A stretch of 64,000 bases of DNA from an uncultured Microthrixaceae bacterium (lineage in GTDB: Bacteria; Actinomycetota; Acidimicrobiia; Acidimicrobiales; Microtrichaceae). Both the position numbers and the translations under genes were made by a program. The DNA is taken from NCBI GenBank assembly GCA_964391365.1, contig CAYMKW010000003.1, positions 10,814-74,813 of the forward strand, read 5' to 3'. This document shows, piece by piece, positions 37,299 to 45,744 of this stretch. The notes under the pieces are model-generated. The model saw only the letters and a list, made by a program, of their open reading frames with translations, had not been told where the DNA came from and searched no databases. The number at the start of each line of letters is the position of its first letter. Position 1 is the first letter of the stretch.

Positions 37299-39524
37299 GT
37301 GGCCTCCTCGACTTCTGAACCCACCATCGACACCGCTGCTGTGGCCGGCCGCCGCAGCGTCCTCTGGCGCCTCCGTTTCGTGTGCTTCGGTGCGCTGGTC
37401 CTGGGCGTGGTCGCGATCGGCGGTGTCTGGACGGCGCTCAACACCTTGAAGCTCCCGCCGGAGCGCCGGCCGGTCGAGACCTCGTTCGTCTGCGACTCGA
37501 CGGTCGAGGCGGGTCAGTGCGGATTCGACACCGCCATGGCCCGCCTGCGCACCGAGGAGGAGCGCGTCCTCGTGGACTACGAGCAACTCCCGCCGGTCCT
37601 GGTGCAGGCGGTGCTCTCGGCGGAGGACCGGAAGTTCTTCGATCACAACGGGGTGGACCCGCTCGGGATCACCCGGGCGCTCTACCAGGACCTCCTCGGT
37701 GGCAGCGAGTCGCTCCAGGGCGGTTCGACGATCACCCAGCAGTACGTCAAGAACGTCTACCTGACCTCGGAACGGAGCCTGGACCGCAAGCTCCGGGAGG
37801 CCGTCCTGGCGATCAAGCTGGAGCGTGAGCTCGACAAGCGGGAGATCCTGACCCGTTACCTCAACGAGGTGTACTTCGGCCGGGGCGCCTACGGCGTGGA
37901 GGCGGCGGCCCGGGCCTACTTCGGCGTCAACGTCGAGGAACTCGACCTGGCGCAGTCGGCCTACCTGGCCGGGCTCATCCGGTCGCCGGAGACGGCCGAC
38001 GCAACCCGGGATCCGGAGGTCGCCGACCAGCGGCGCGACAGCGTGCTGACGGCGATGGTCGAGGAGGGCCACATCACTCAGGCCGAGGCCGATCGGGTCG
38101 GCGCCCTGCCCTGGCTGACCGAACCGAGCGTCCAGCAGGACGGCTCGGTCCAGCCGGCGACGATCCTGGAACGGTCCGAGGAGACCACCGACTTCGGACC
38201 GGTCCGCTACGACGACATCGGCTCGGAGTACTGGGTCGATCTGGTTCGCAGGCAGCTCCGGGACCGGTTCGGACCGGGTGCCGAGACCCGCGGGTTCCGG
38301 GTCTACACCACCTTCGACCCCGACCTGCAGGAGGCCGCCGTCGAGTCGGTCAACTCCACCGTGAACCAGCCCGACGGTCCGCTCGGTTCGCTGGTCTCGG
38401 TCGACTCCGACGGTCGTGTCGCCGCCATGGTCGCCGGCCGCGACTACCAGTCGGCGCAGGTCAACCTGGCCCTGGGAGCGGAGGGCGGCGGTGCCGGCAG
38501 GTCGCCGGGATCGACCTTCAAGCCGATCGCGCTCGCGGCGTTCGTCGAGGACGGCTTCTCGGTGGAATCCCGTTACGAGGCACCCCCGACCACCCAGTTC
38601 CCCGGTGTCACGGAGCAGGACGGCAGCCCGTGGCGCCCCGCCAACTACGACCGGGCCGACCACGGTGTCGAGACCGTCGAGCAGGCGACCTGGCAGTCGA
38701 CCAACACCGTCTACGCCGGGATGGTCGACCAGCTCGGGCCGGAACGGCTCGCCAGCATGGCCAATCGGCTGGGGGTCACCGCCGAGTTGGACCCGGTGTA
38801 CTCGTTGGTCCTCGGGGCCGAGGGCGTCTCGGTGCTCGACATGGCATCGGCCTACTCGACCTTCTCGCGGCACGGTGTGCGGATCGACCCGTACATCATC
38901 GAGCGGATCGAGGACTCCGACGGCAACGTCGTGTTCGACGCCGCGGTGGACGTCCCCCGTCAGCAGGTGATCGCTCCCGACGTGGCCGACACCGTGACCT
39001 CGGTGCTCACCGGGGTGATCTCACGGGGAACCGGGAAGGCCGCCTCGTTCGGCTCCCCGGCCGCCGGCAAGACCGGGACCACGGACAACGCGGAGGACGC
39101 CTGGTTCGCCGGCTACACCTGCGACCTGACCGCCGTGGTCTGGATGGGTTACGAGGTGCCACGTGAGATGACGACGTCGAGCGGCGGGCAGATGTCAGGA
39201 GGTGCGACACCGGCGAGGATGTGGCGGTCCTTCATGTCGAGGGCCACCTCGGACGACGACGACTGCGACTTCGCCGAGGTCGACTACGGGGACAAGGTCC
39301 TGAACTCCGAGTACTCCCCGTCGCGCTCGTCCAAGCGTTCCTCGCAGGGTTCGTCCGGGTCCTCGAGCGGTTCGACCACGTCGACGTCCGTCCCGTCGGG
39401 CGGCTCCTCGACGTCGGTCCCCCGGTCCACGACGACGGTCCCGCGGTCCACCACCACCGCACCTCGTCCGACCACGCCGCCGACGAGCTCTCCGCCGACC
39501 ACGGCGACCTCCGGCGGAGGCTGA
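37299..39524 (+). CDS. ponA: bifunctional class A penicillin-binding protein (transglycosylase/transpeptidase) with Ser/Thr/Pro-rich tail
   Basis: There is a TM anchor. The GT51 motifs AEDRKFFDHNGVDPLGI and GGSTITQQYVKN are present. The transpeptidase motifs are STFKP and KTGTT. Confidence 0.92.
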   Translation: MASSTSEPTIDTAAVAGRRSVLWRLRFVCFGALVLGVVAIGGVWTALNTLKLPPERRPVETSFVCDSTVEAGQCGFDTAMARLRTEEERVLVDYEQLPPVLVQAVLSAEDRKFFDHNGVDPLGITRALYQDLLGGSESLQGGSTITQQYVKNVYLTSERSLDRKLREAVLAIKLERELDKREILTRYLNEVYFGRGAYGVEAAARAYFGVNVEELDLAQSAYLAGLIRSPETADATRDPEVADQRRDSVLTAMVEEGHITQAEADRVGALPWLTEPSVQQDGSVQPATILERSEETTDFGPVRYDDIGSEYWVDLVRRQLRDRFGPGAETRGFRVYTTFDPDLQEAAVESVNSTVNQPDGPLGSLVSVDSDGRVAAMVAGRDYQSAQVNLALGAEGGGAGRSPGSTFKPIALAAFVEDGFSVESRYEAPPTTQFPGVTEQDGSPWRPANYDRADHGVETVEQATWQSTNTVYAGMVDQLGPERLASMANRLGVTAELDPVYSLVLGAEGVSVLDMASAYSTFSRHGVRIDPYIIERIEDSDGNVVFDAAVDVPRQQVIAPDVADTVTSVLTGVISRGTGKAASFGSPAAGKTGTTDNAEDAWFAGYTCDLTAVVWMGYEVPREMTTSSGGQMSGGATPARMWRSFMSRATSDDDDCDFAEVDYGDKVLNSEYSPSRSSKRSSQGSSGSSSGSTTSTSVPSGGSSTSVPRSTTTVPRSTTTAPRPTTPPTSSPPTTATSGGG

Positions 39525-39536
39525 GCAGGACCTCGG

Positions 39537-39561
39537 GAATCCGCTCGGGTCGAGCGGATTC
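39537..39561 (+). terminator. stem-loop after the PBP1A gene
   Basis: GAATCCGCTCG-ggt-CGAGCGGATTC has a perfect 11-bp stem and starts 13 nt after the stop. There is no clear U-tract, which is common in high-G+C actinobacteria. Confidence 0.5.
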
Positions 39562-39648
39562 GTGCTTGGCACGGCACCCCTCGCCGTCGTACCTTCTGGG
39601 TGTCGGCCGGCAGCCACAGGGCGCTGGACCAACTGAGGAGGTGGGCCA

Positions 39649-40524
39649 GTGGCACCATCCGCAACCATCCCTTCGGCACGCCGGACGGTTCCGGCGGTCC
39701 GAGCCACCAAGGTGCGGCGGGGCGACGCCCCGTTGGTCATGGTCACCGCCTACGACGCCCCGGGCGCACGGATCGCCTCCGAGGCGGGGGTCGACATGAT
39801 CCTCGTCGGCGACTCGGTGGCCATGGTCGTCCTCGGCTACGACGACACACTCCAGGTCACCGTCGACGACCTGGCCCACCACACCGCAGCCGTCGCCCGG
39901 GCCCGGCCCGAGTGCCTGATCGTCGGCGACCTGCCGTGGATGAGCTACCACGTGTCCACCCAGGAGACCGTCCACAACGCCGCGACCCTGATCCGGGCCG
40001 GAGCGCAGTGCGTGAAGCTCGAGGGCGGGCGGAAGCGGGTTCCCATGATCGAGGCGCTCGTCGACGCGGAGATCCCGGTGGTCGGTCACCTCGGACTGAC
40101 CCCCCAGTCGGTGCACGCCATGGGCGGGTTCCGGGTCCAGGCGAAGGAGTCCGAGGCGGCGTTGCAGCTCGTGGCCGACGCCAAGGCGCTGCAGCACGCC
40201 GGGTGCTTCGCGATCGTGCTCGAGGGCGTTCCCGACGAGGTCGCCCGGATGGTGACCGAGGCCGTCGACGTCCCCACGGTCGGCATCGGTGCCGGTCGCC
40301 ACTGCGACGGACAGGTCTTGGTCTTCCACGACCTGCTGGGCCTCGAGGACCGGGTCGCGCCCAAGTTCGTCCGGCGGTATGCATCGCTGAAGGACCAGGC
40401 CGTCGATGCCGTGGCGGCGTTCGCCGCTGATGTGCGTTGCGGAGCGTTCCCGGACGACTCCGAGTCGTACCACCTGTCGGTGGACGAGGCGGAGGCGCTC
40501 TCGCTCTACGGCGGCGCCCACTGA
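39649..40524 (+). CDS. panB: 3-methyl-2-oxobutanoate hydroxymethyltransferase
   Basis: The GTG at 39649 follows GAGGAGG. The protein reads MVTAYDAPGARIASEAGVDMILVGDSVAMVVLGYDDT...VVGHLGLTPQS...GCFAIVLEGVP. Confidence 0.93.
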   Translation: MAPSATIPSARRTVPAVRATKVRRGDAPLVMVTAYDAPGARIASEAGVDMILVGDSVAMVVLGYDDTLQVTVDDLAHHTAAVARARPECLIVGDLPWMSYHVSTQETVHNAATLIRAGAQCVKLEGGRKRVPMIEALVDAEIPVVGHLGLTPQSVHAMGGFRVQAKESEAALQLVADAKALQHAGCFAIVLEGVPDEVARMVTEAVDVPTVGIGAGRHCDGQVLVFHDLLGLEDRVAPKFVRRYASLKDQAVDAVAAFAADVRCGAFPDDSESYHLSVDEAEALSLYGGAH

Positions 40525-40737
40525 GCACGGACCCGGGGCCCGGCCCCAGGTCGCTGTCACACCCCCGCCGCAGACTGCGGGCGTGACGATCACCGGCCAC
40601 ACCGTCGACTGGACCCCTGCGGGGTCGGGGTGCCTACACTCTGCGTCGCACATCGCCCGGGCTCGCCCCGGGTCCCTGTCCTGCAGGTCGCAGGACCCTG
40701 GAGCGCCCGTCGCCCAGGTCCGGAGGGAGGAGTCAGC

Positions 40738-41082
40738 GTGGCAGTCCGCGCGTACGAGCTCATGATCATCGTCGACCGTGACGTCGACGACGCAGCCAAC
40801 ACAGCCGTCCTGCAGCGCGTGCAGGAGATGGTCAGTGCCGATGACGGCACCGTGCCCACGGTGGACAAGTGGGGCCGGCGACGCTTCGCCTATCCCATCG
40901 ACCACAAGGAAGAGGGCGTCTACTCGGTGCTGGAGATCGTCACGGAGGCGCCGAACCTCGACGAGGTCGACCGGTACCTCCGTCTCGCGGACGAGGTCGT
41001 CCGCCACAAGCTGATCCGGCTCCCCGACGACGAAGCCGCGCGACGCGGCCTCCTCGCCGGTGCTGGCGAAGGAAAGGACTGA
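40738..41082 (+). CDS. rpsF: 30S ribosomal protein S6
   Basis: The GTG at 40738 follows GGAGGGAGG. The protein reads RAYELMIIVDRDVDD...DKWGRRRFAYPIDHKEEGVYSVLE. Confidence 0.92.
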   Translation: MAVRAYELMIIVDRDVDDAANTAVLQRVQEMVSADDGTVPTVDKWGRRRFAYPIDHKEEGVYSVLEIVTEAPNLDEVDRYLRLADEVVRHKLIRLPDDEAARRGLLAGAGEGKD

Positions 41083-41084
41083 CC

Positions 41085-41531
41085 ATGGCAGGCAACTACG
41101 TCGAGTTGATCGGCAACCTCACCAGGGATCCCGAACTCCGGTTCATCCCGTCGGGGGCGGCCGTCGCGAACTTCGGGCTGGCGGTGAACCGTCGCTGGCG
41201 CAACGCCCAGACCAACGAGTGGGACGAGGAGGTCTCCTTCTTCGACGTCGTCTGCTGGCGGGATCTGGCCGAGAACGTGACCGAGTCGCTCACCAAGGGC
41301 AACCGGATCATGGTCAGCGGCCGTCTGCAGGTCCGCTCGTGGGAGACGGACAACGGCGAGAAGCGATCGAAGGTCGAGATCCTCGCCGACGAGATCGGCC
41401 CCAGCCTCCGGTGGGCGACCGCACAGGTCACCCGGACCGAGCGCCGCGAGGGCGGCGGCGGGGGCGGAGGTTTCGACGCCCCGCCTCCAACCGAGGCACC
41501 CACGTACAGCCAGGATGAGGAGCCCTTCTGA
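41085..41531 (+). CDS. ssb: single-stranded DNA-binding protein
   Basis: [38 protein letters not shown]..., followed by a Gly-rich linker and the acidic tip DEEPF. Confidence 0.93.
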   Translation: MAGNYVELIGNLTRDPELRFIPSGAAVANFGLAVNRRWRNAQTNEWDEEVSFFDVVCWRDLAENVTESLTKGNRIMVSGRLQVRSWETDNGEKRSKVEILADEIGPSLRWATAQVTRTERREGGGGGGGFDAPPPTEAPTYSQDEEPF

Positions 41532-41956
41532 TGGCAAAGCCACCGCCGCGTCGCGGCAAGCCCAAGGACAACGGTCGCAAGCTCAAGAAGAAGGTGTCGA
41601 TCCTCGACTCCGAGAGCGTGCAGTACGTGGACTGGAAGGACGTGAATCTGCTCCGGCGTTTCATGTCCGACCGGGCCAAGATCCGTGCTCGCCGTGTCAG
41701 CGGGAACGACACCCAGCAGCAGCGTGAGGTGGCCAAGGCCATCAAGAACGCCCGTGAGATGGCGTTGCTCCCCTACACGAGCCGCGTCACCACCCAGCGG
41801 GGGCGCCGCTCGGACCGAGACGGAGACGACCGTCGCGGTCCGCGTCCCGACCGGGATCGTCCGGAGTCGACCGAGCCGGCCGACGCCGCTGCAGCCGAGG
41901 AGTTCGAGGCCGTCGAGACGACCGAGGACGCCGTGGTCGAGGAGGCGACGTCGTGA
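41531..41956 (+). CDS. rpsR: 30S ribosomal protein S18 with ~60-aa acidic C-terminal extension
   Basis: [50 protein letters not shown] is followed by [49 protein letters not shown]. Confidence 0.9.
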   Translation: MAKPPPRRGKPKDNGRKLKKKVSILDSESVQYVDWKDVNLLRRFMSDRAKIRARRVSGNDTQQQREVAKAIKNAREMALLPYTSRVTTQRGRRSDRDGDDRRGPRPDRDRPESTEPADAAAAEEFEAVETTEDAVVEEATS

Positions 41957-42408
41957 GCTCGGTGAAGATGGTCCTGCGGTCCGATGTGGCCGGACTCGGC
42001 AAGCGCGGTGACGTGGTCGAGGTCTCCAAGGGCTACGCGCGGAACTTCCTGGAGCCCCGGGACCTCGCGTTCTCGGCGACGGCGGGATCCGAGCGCCAGG
42101 CGGAGTCCATGCGCCGGGTCCGGACCATCCGGGACGCCAAGGATCGGGAGGCGGCCACGGAGATCGCCACTCGCTTGGTGCCTCGGACGATCACGATCGT
42201 GGCCCGGGCCGGCAGCGGCGGGAAGCTCTTCGGTTCGGTGACGGCGGCCGACGTCTCGGCCGCCGTGGCCGAACAGGCCGGTGTCGAGATCGATCGAAAG
42301 CTGCTGGTGCTCGACGAGCCGATCAAGGACCTGGGAACGCACTACGTCCAGGCCCGGCTCCACGCCGACGTCGAGTTCCCGATCACGGTCGAGGTGACCA
42401 CCGACTGA
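41953..42408 (+). CDS. rplI: 50S ribosomal protein L9
   Basis: [36 protein letters not shown]. The GTG at 41953 lies 7 nt after GAGGAGG and forms a GTGA overlap with rpsR. The GTG at 41962 fits the family N-terminus better and is the alternative. Confidence 0.9.
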   Translation: MSSVKMVLRSDVAGLGKRGDVVEVSKGYARNFLEPRDLAFSATAGSERQAESMRRVRTIRDAKDREAATEIATRLVPRTITIVARAGSGGKLFGSVTAADVSAAVAEQAGVEIDRKLLVLDEPIKDLGTHYVQARLHADVEFPITVEVTTD

Positions 42409-42416
42409 GGTCGGCT

Positions 42417-42505
42417 TCGTCCACAGGATGGCCCGTCATCCACAGCTGGACCCACAAGCGATCCCCCGTGAATCCCTAGGAAATCCAGAGGTTCATCCTC
42501 TGGAT
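42417..42505. promoter_or_regulatory. dnaB upstream region: DnaA-box-like motifs plus a 9-bp-stem hairpin
   Basis: TCGTCCACA is at 42417-42425. The 14-mer TCGTCCACAGGATG is identical to 20253-20266 upstream of dnaA. TCATCCACA is at 42436-42444. The inverted repeat ATCCAGAGG-ttcat-CCTCTGGAT spans 42483-42505. Confidence 0.4.
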
Positions 42506-42538
42506 GACCACAGGGTGAACGGCGGAGGATGGACGGTG

Positions 42539-45040
42539 ATGCCGCCCGAACCGACCAGCAGTCCACCTGTCTCGAGCCGGGTTCCGCCGAGCAACCTGGA
42601 CGCAGAGCAGTCGCTGCTCGGCGCCATGCTGCTCTCGGAGCACGCTGTGTCGTCCTCGGCGACGATCGTGCAGGCCGATGACTTCTACAAGCCCGCCCAC
42701 CGCCACATCTTCGAGGCGGTGCAGACGCTCTACGCGACGGGGCGCGGTGTCGACCCGCTGACCGTCGCCGAGGAACTCGACCGGGCCGGCGTGCTCGACG
42801 CCGTCGGCGGCGCCGCCACCCTCGTGTCGCTGCAGGCCAACACCCCGGCGATCACGAACGCCGAGCACTACGCCCGGATCGTCGAGGAGAAGGCGTTGCT
42901 GCGCAAGCTCATCGGCGCTGCGAACGACGTGGCCGAGCTGGGCTACTCGCCGCTCGACGACATCGAGAAGACGATCGACTCCGCCGAGAGCCTGATCTTC
43001 TCCGTGGCCCAGCGTCGGAACTCCGACACGCTCGCCGAGCTGGCCCCGCTGCTCGATCAGGCGCTCGAGCAACTCGAGGAGCTCTACGAGCGCGGCGACG
43101 CCATCACCGGGACGCCCACGGGGTACACGGACCTGGACGGACTCCTGTCGGGCCTGCAGCCCGGGGCGCTCATCGTGATGGGCGCCCGTCCGGCCATGGG
43201 CAAGAGCGCCTTCGCGCTGGGGCTCGCTTCACATGCTTCCGTCCGCGAGCAGCTCCCGGTCATGTTCTTCTCGCTCGAGATGAGCCACCTCGAGCTGACC
43301 CAGCGTCTGCTCGCCGCCGAGGCCCGGGTCGACGCGACGAAGCTCCGGACCGGCCGGCTCACGGATTCGGACTGGACCAAGCTGACCAAGGCGATGGGGC
43401 GACTCGGCGAGGCGCCGTTGTGGATCGACGACAACCCGGCGCTCACGGTCATGGAGATCCGGGCCAAGGCCCGTCGTCTGCAGGACAAACTCGGCACTCC
43501 CCTGGGTCTGATCGTCGTCGACTACCTCCAGCTCATGCAGGGGCGGAGCAACGCCGAGAGCCGTCAGGTCGAGGTCGCCGAGATCAGCCGTGGACTCAAG
43601 GTGTTGGCTCGCGAGCTCGAGGTTCCCGTGGTCGCCCTCTCGCAGCTGTCCCGGCAGCTGGAGCTGCGAGCCGACAAGCGCCCCATGCTCGCCGACCTCC
43701 GCGAGTCGGGCTGCCTGACCGCGTCGACCCGCGTGCTGCGCGCCGACACCAACGAGGAGGTCCCCCTCGGGGACCTGTTGGCCTCCGGTGAGCAGGACAT
43801 TCCGGTCTGGAGTCTGGACGACGACTGGAAGCTCGTGCCATCGACCATGTCCCACGTCTTCGCGAGCGGCACCAAGGACGTGTTCCGGCTGCAGCTCGCC
43901 TCGGGCCGGTCGGTCGAGGCCTCGGCCAACCACCCGTTCCGGCGCCTCGAGGGCTGGGTCCGTCTCGACGAGCTCGCCGTCGGCGACCGTCTCGCCGTAC
44001 CGCGCCGCGTCGGCCGCCCCGACCGACCGACCCCGTTGGCCGACCTGCTCGCCGCACCGCCGGTCCCTGCGGTCAGCGATGCCGGTGCTGTCGCCGGCGT
44101 GCCCGTGGCCGGCGTCGGGGACCCCGACGCGCTGGTCGATCTGGCGGAACGTGCCGCTCGATCGGGGGCACTGCCCGCCGGGGTCGACTCGCTCGGAGAC
44201 GACGACCTGGCGTTGGTGCTCGGACAGGTGTGCACCCGACTCGGATCGATCAGCGTCGGCACGCTCCGCGGCCGACCGCTCGTCCGGATCTTCTGCACCA
44301 GCCGCCATCGGGACCTGCTGGGTCACCTCCAGCGACTCCTCACGCGGTTCGAGGTCCACTCGCGCGTCGTCGCCGTGACCGGTCGGGCCCGCTCGTGGCG
44401 GCTGTGGGTCCACGGGGCCGATGACCAGCGGCGGTTCCTCGCTGCGGTGGGGCTCCGAGGTCCCGAGGCGGACGCCGCCCGCCGGGCGCTCGACGCGCTG
44501 GCGGACGTCACCTCCAACCCCAACGTCGACACCATTCCTCCAGCGGTCCGCGACGTGGTCGTGGCTGAGCTCGAGCGGCTCGGGACCACCCATCGTCAGC
44601 TCGCTGCAGCGCTCGGGGAGCCCTACTGCGGCGGCTACCTGCTCGGTACGCCGGCCCGACCCCGGTCGACGAGCCGGGAACGACTGGGTCGCATTGCCGA
44701 GGTGTGCGACAGCAAGGAACTCGCAGCGCTCGCCGAGTCGGACGTCTTCTGGGACGAGGTGGTGGGGATCGAGCCGCTGGGACCCCAGCCCGTCTTCGAT
44801 GCCACGGTTCCGGGAACCCACAACTTCGTGGCCGACGGCGTCATCGCCCACAACTCCATCGAGCAGGACGCGGACGTGGTCATGTTCCTGTACCGCGACG
44901 AGGTGTACCACTCGGACTCGCCCGACAAGGACACTGCCGAGGTGATCGTGGCCAAGCACCGCGCCGGTCGTACCGGCGTCGCACGGTTGGTCTTCCTGGA
45001 CTACTGCACCCTCTTCGCCAACATGGCGAAGGGTGACTGA
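42539..45040 (+). CDS. dnaB: replicative DNA helicase DnaB (intein-containing precursor)
   Basis: The ATG at 42539 (or GTG at 42536) follows GGAGGA. Motifs are PPSNLDAEQSLLGAML, GARPAMGKSAFAL (Walker A), IVVDYLQLM and the C-extein SIEQDADVVMFLYRDEVY. Without the intein the protein is 452 aa. Confidence 0.93.
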   Translation: MPPEPTSSPPVSSRVPPSNLDAEQSLLGAMLLSEHAVSSSATIVQADDFYKPAHRHIFEAVQTLYATGRGVDPLTVAEELDRAGVLDAVGGAATLVSLQANTPAITNAEHYARIVEEKALLRKLIGAANDVAELGYSPLDDIEKTIDSAESLIFSVAQRRNSDTLAELAPLLDQALEQLEELYERGDAITGTPTGYTDLDGLLSGLQPGALIVMGARPAMGKSAFALGLASHASVREQLPVMFFSLEMSHLELTQRLLAAEARVDATKLRTGRLTDSDWTKLTKAMGRLGEAPLWIDDNPALTVMEIRAKARRLQDKLGTPLGLIVVDYLQLMQGRSNAESRQVEVAEISRGLKVLARELEVPVVALSQLSRQLELRADKRPMLADLRESGCLTASTRVLRADTNEEVPLGDLLASGEQDIPVWSLDDDWKLVPSTMSHVFASGTKDVFRLQLASGRSVEASANHPFRRLEGWVRLDELAVGDRLAVPRRVGRPDRPTPLADLLAAPPVPAVSDAGAVAGVPVAGVGDPDALVDLAERAARSGALPAGVDSLGDDDLALVLGQVCTRLGSISVGTLRGRPLVRIFCTSRHRDLLGHLQRLLTRFEVHSRVVAVTGRARSWRLWVHGADDQRRFLAAVGLRGPEADAARRALDALADVTSNPNVDTIPPAVRDVVVAELERLGTTHRQLAAALGEPYCGGYLLGTPARPRSTSRERLGRIAEVCDSKELAALAESDVFWDEVVGIEPLGPQPVFDATVPGTHNFVADGVIAHNSIEQDADVVMFLYRDEVYHSDSPDKDTAEVIVAKHRAGRTGVARLVFLDYCTLFANMAKGD
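43712..44854 (+). mobile_element. DnaB intein (381 aa)
   Basis: The N-junction is RESG|CLTASTRVL. Block B is ASANHPF, block F is VFDATVPGTHNFVADG, and the C-junction is VIAHN|SIEQD. It sits in frame within a conserved helicase motif. From memory, the splicing blocks closely resemble the Synechocystis Ssp DnaB intein, which occupies the same site. Confidence 0.88.
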
Positions 45041-45096
45041 GTCGGCGCCTGCCCCGTCCGCGGCTCAGGGCCGCCGGGCTGCCATCCGGACCGGGG

Positions 45097-45654
45097 TCAG
45101 GCCCCCAGCCAGTCGGGTTGGAGTGCGGGGTCGGCCGGGAAGTGCTCGATGTCGGTGGGCGGGTCCTCGAAGTCAGGACGTTCCAGACCCAGGTCCCGAC
45201 GTGCGGCAGCCCGGTCGTCGTCATCGAGTTCGCGCAGGTCGCAGCACCACTCGACCAGCGTGCCGTTCGGGTCGTGCGTGTAGACCGATCGGCAGAAGCC
45301 GTGGTCGATGTCCAGGACCTCCAGGCCCAGGTCGAGCCACCGCTTCCGTCGGGCCTCCAGGTCGGTCGGGTCGGTGGCGTGGAACGCCAGGTGGTTGACC
45401 CACTCGGGTAGCCCGACGGCTCGGGACATGGCCCCGTCGACCGCCGGGTAGTCGCCGTGGAGGTCCCAGAAGGCGATCATCCCGGGCGCCCCCTCGGTCA
45501 CGTCCGGGTTCCGGTAGAACACGTGGCGCGCCCAGCCGCCCTCAGGCGTGGGGGCCGTGATGCACTTGACCAGTTCGAAGCCCATGGCCTCGGTGTAGAA
45601 GCGATCCGTGGCGTCGAGCTTCGCAGTGGCGAGTGCGACGTGGTGGTAGCCCAT
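45097..45654 (-). CDS. VOC (glyoxalase/bleomycin-resistance/dioxygenase) family protein
   Basis: The ATG at 45654 follows GAGGAGAA. The protein reads MGYHHVALATAKLDATDRFYTEAMGFELV...VNHLAFHATD...FCRSVYTHDPNGTLVEW. Confidence 0.8.
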   Translation of the reverse strand: MGYHHVALATAKLDATDRFYTEAMGFELVKCITAPTPEGGWARHVFYRNPDVTEGAPGMIAFWDLHGDYPAVDGAMSRAVGLPEWVNHLAFHATDPTDLEARRKRWLDLGLEVLDIDHGFCRSVYTHDPNGTLVEWCCDLRELDDDDRAAARRDLGLERPDFEDPPTDIEHFPADPALQPDWLGA

Positions 45655-45744
45655 CGTGTTCTCCTCGTCGGAACCGATCGGTGGTCCGAACCCCACGCAT
45701 GGTAGGTCGGCGGACGGATTCCGGTCGTGGCGTAGGGTGCCGAG

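Noticed and set aside
36873-41007. Minus-strand ORFs 36873..38873 (666 aa) and 39232..41007 (591 aa)
   Set aside because: They are antisense to PBP1A, panB and rpsF. No motifs were found and composition is extreme.
43229-44959. Minus-strand ORF 43229..44959 (576 aa) across the DnaB intein
   Set aside because: I considered it as a free-standing homing endonuclease on the opposite strand. The translation has no LAGLIDADG, HNH or GIY-YIG motif and is antisense shadow. The intein reading frame on the plus strand is continuous with both exteins.
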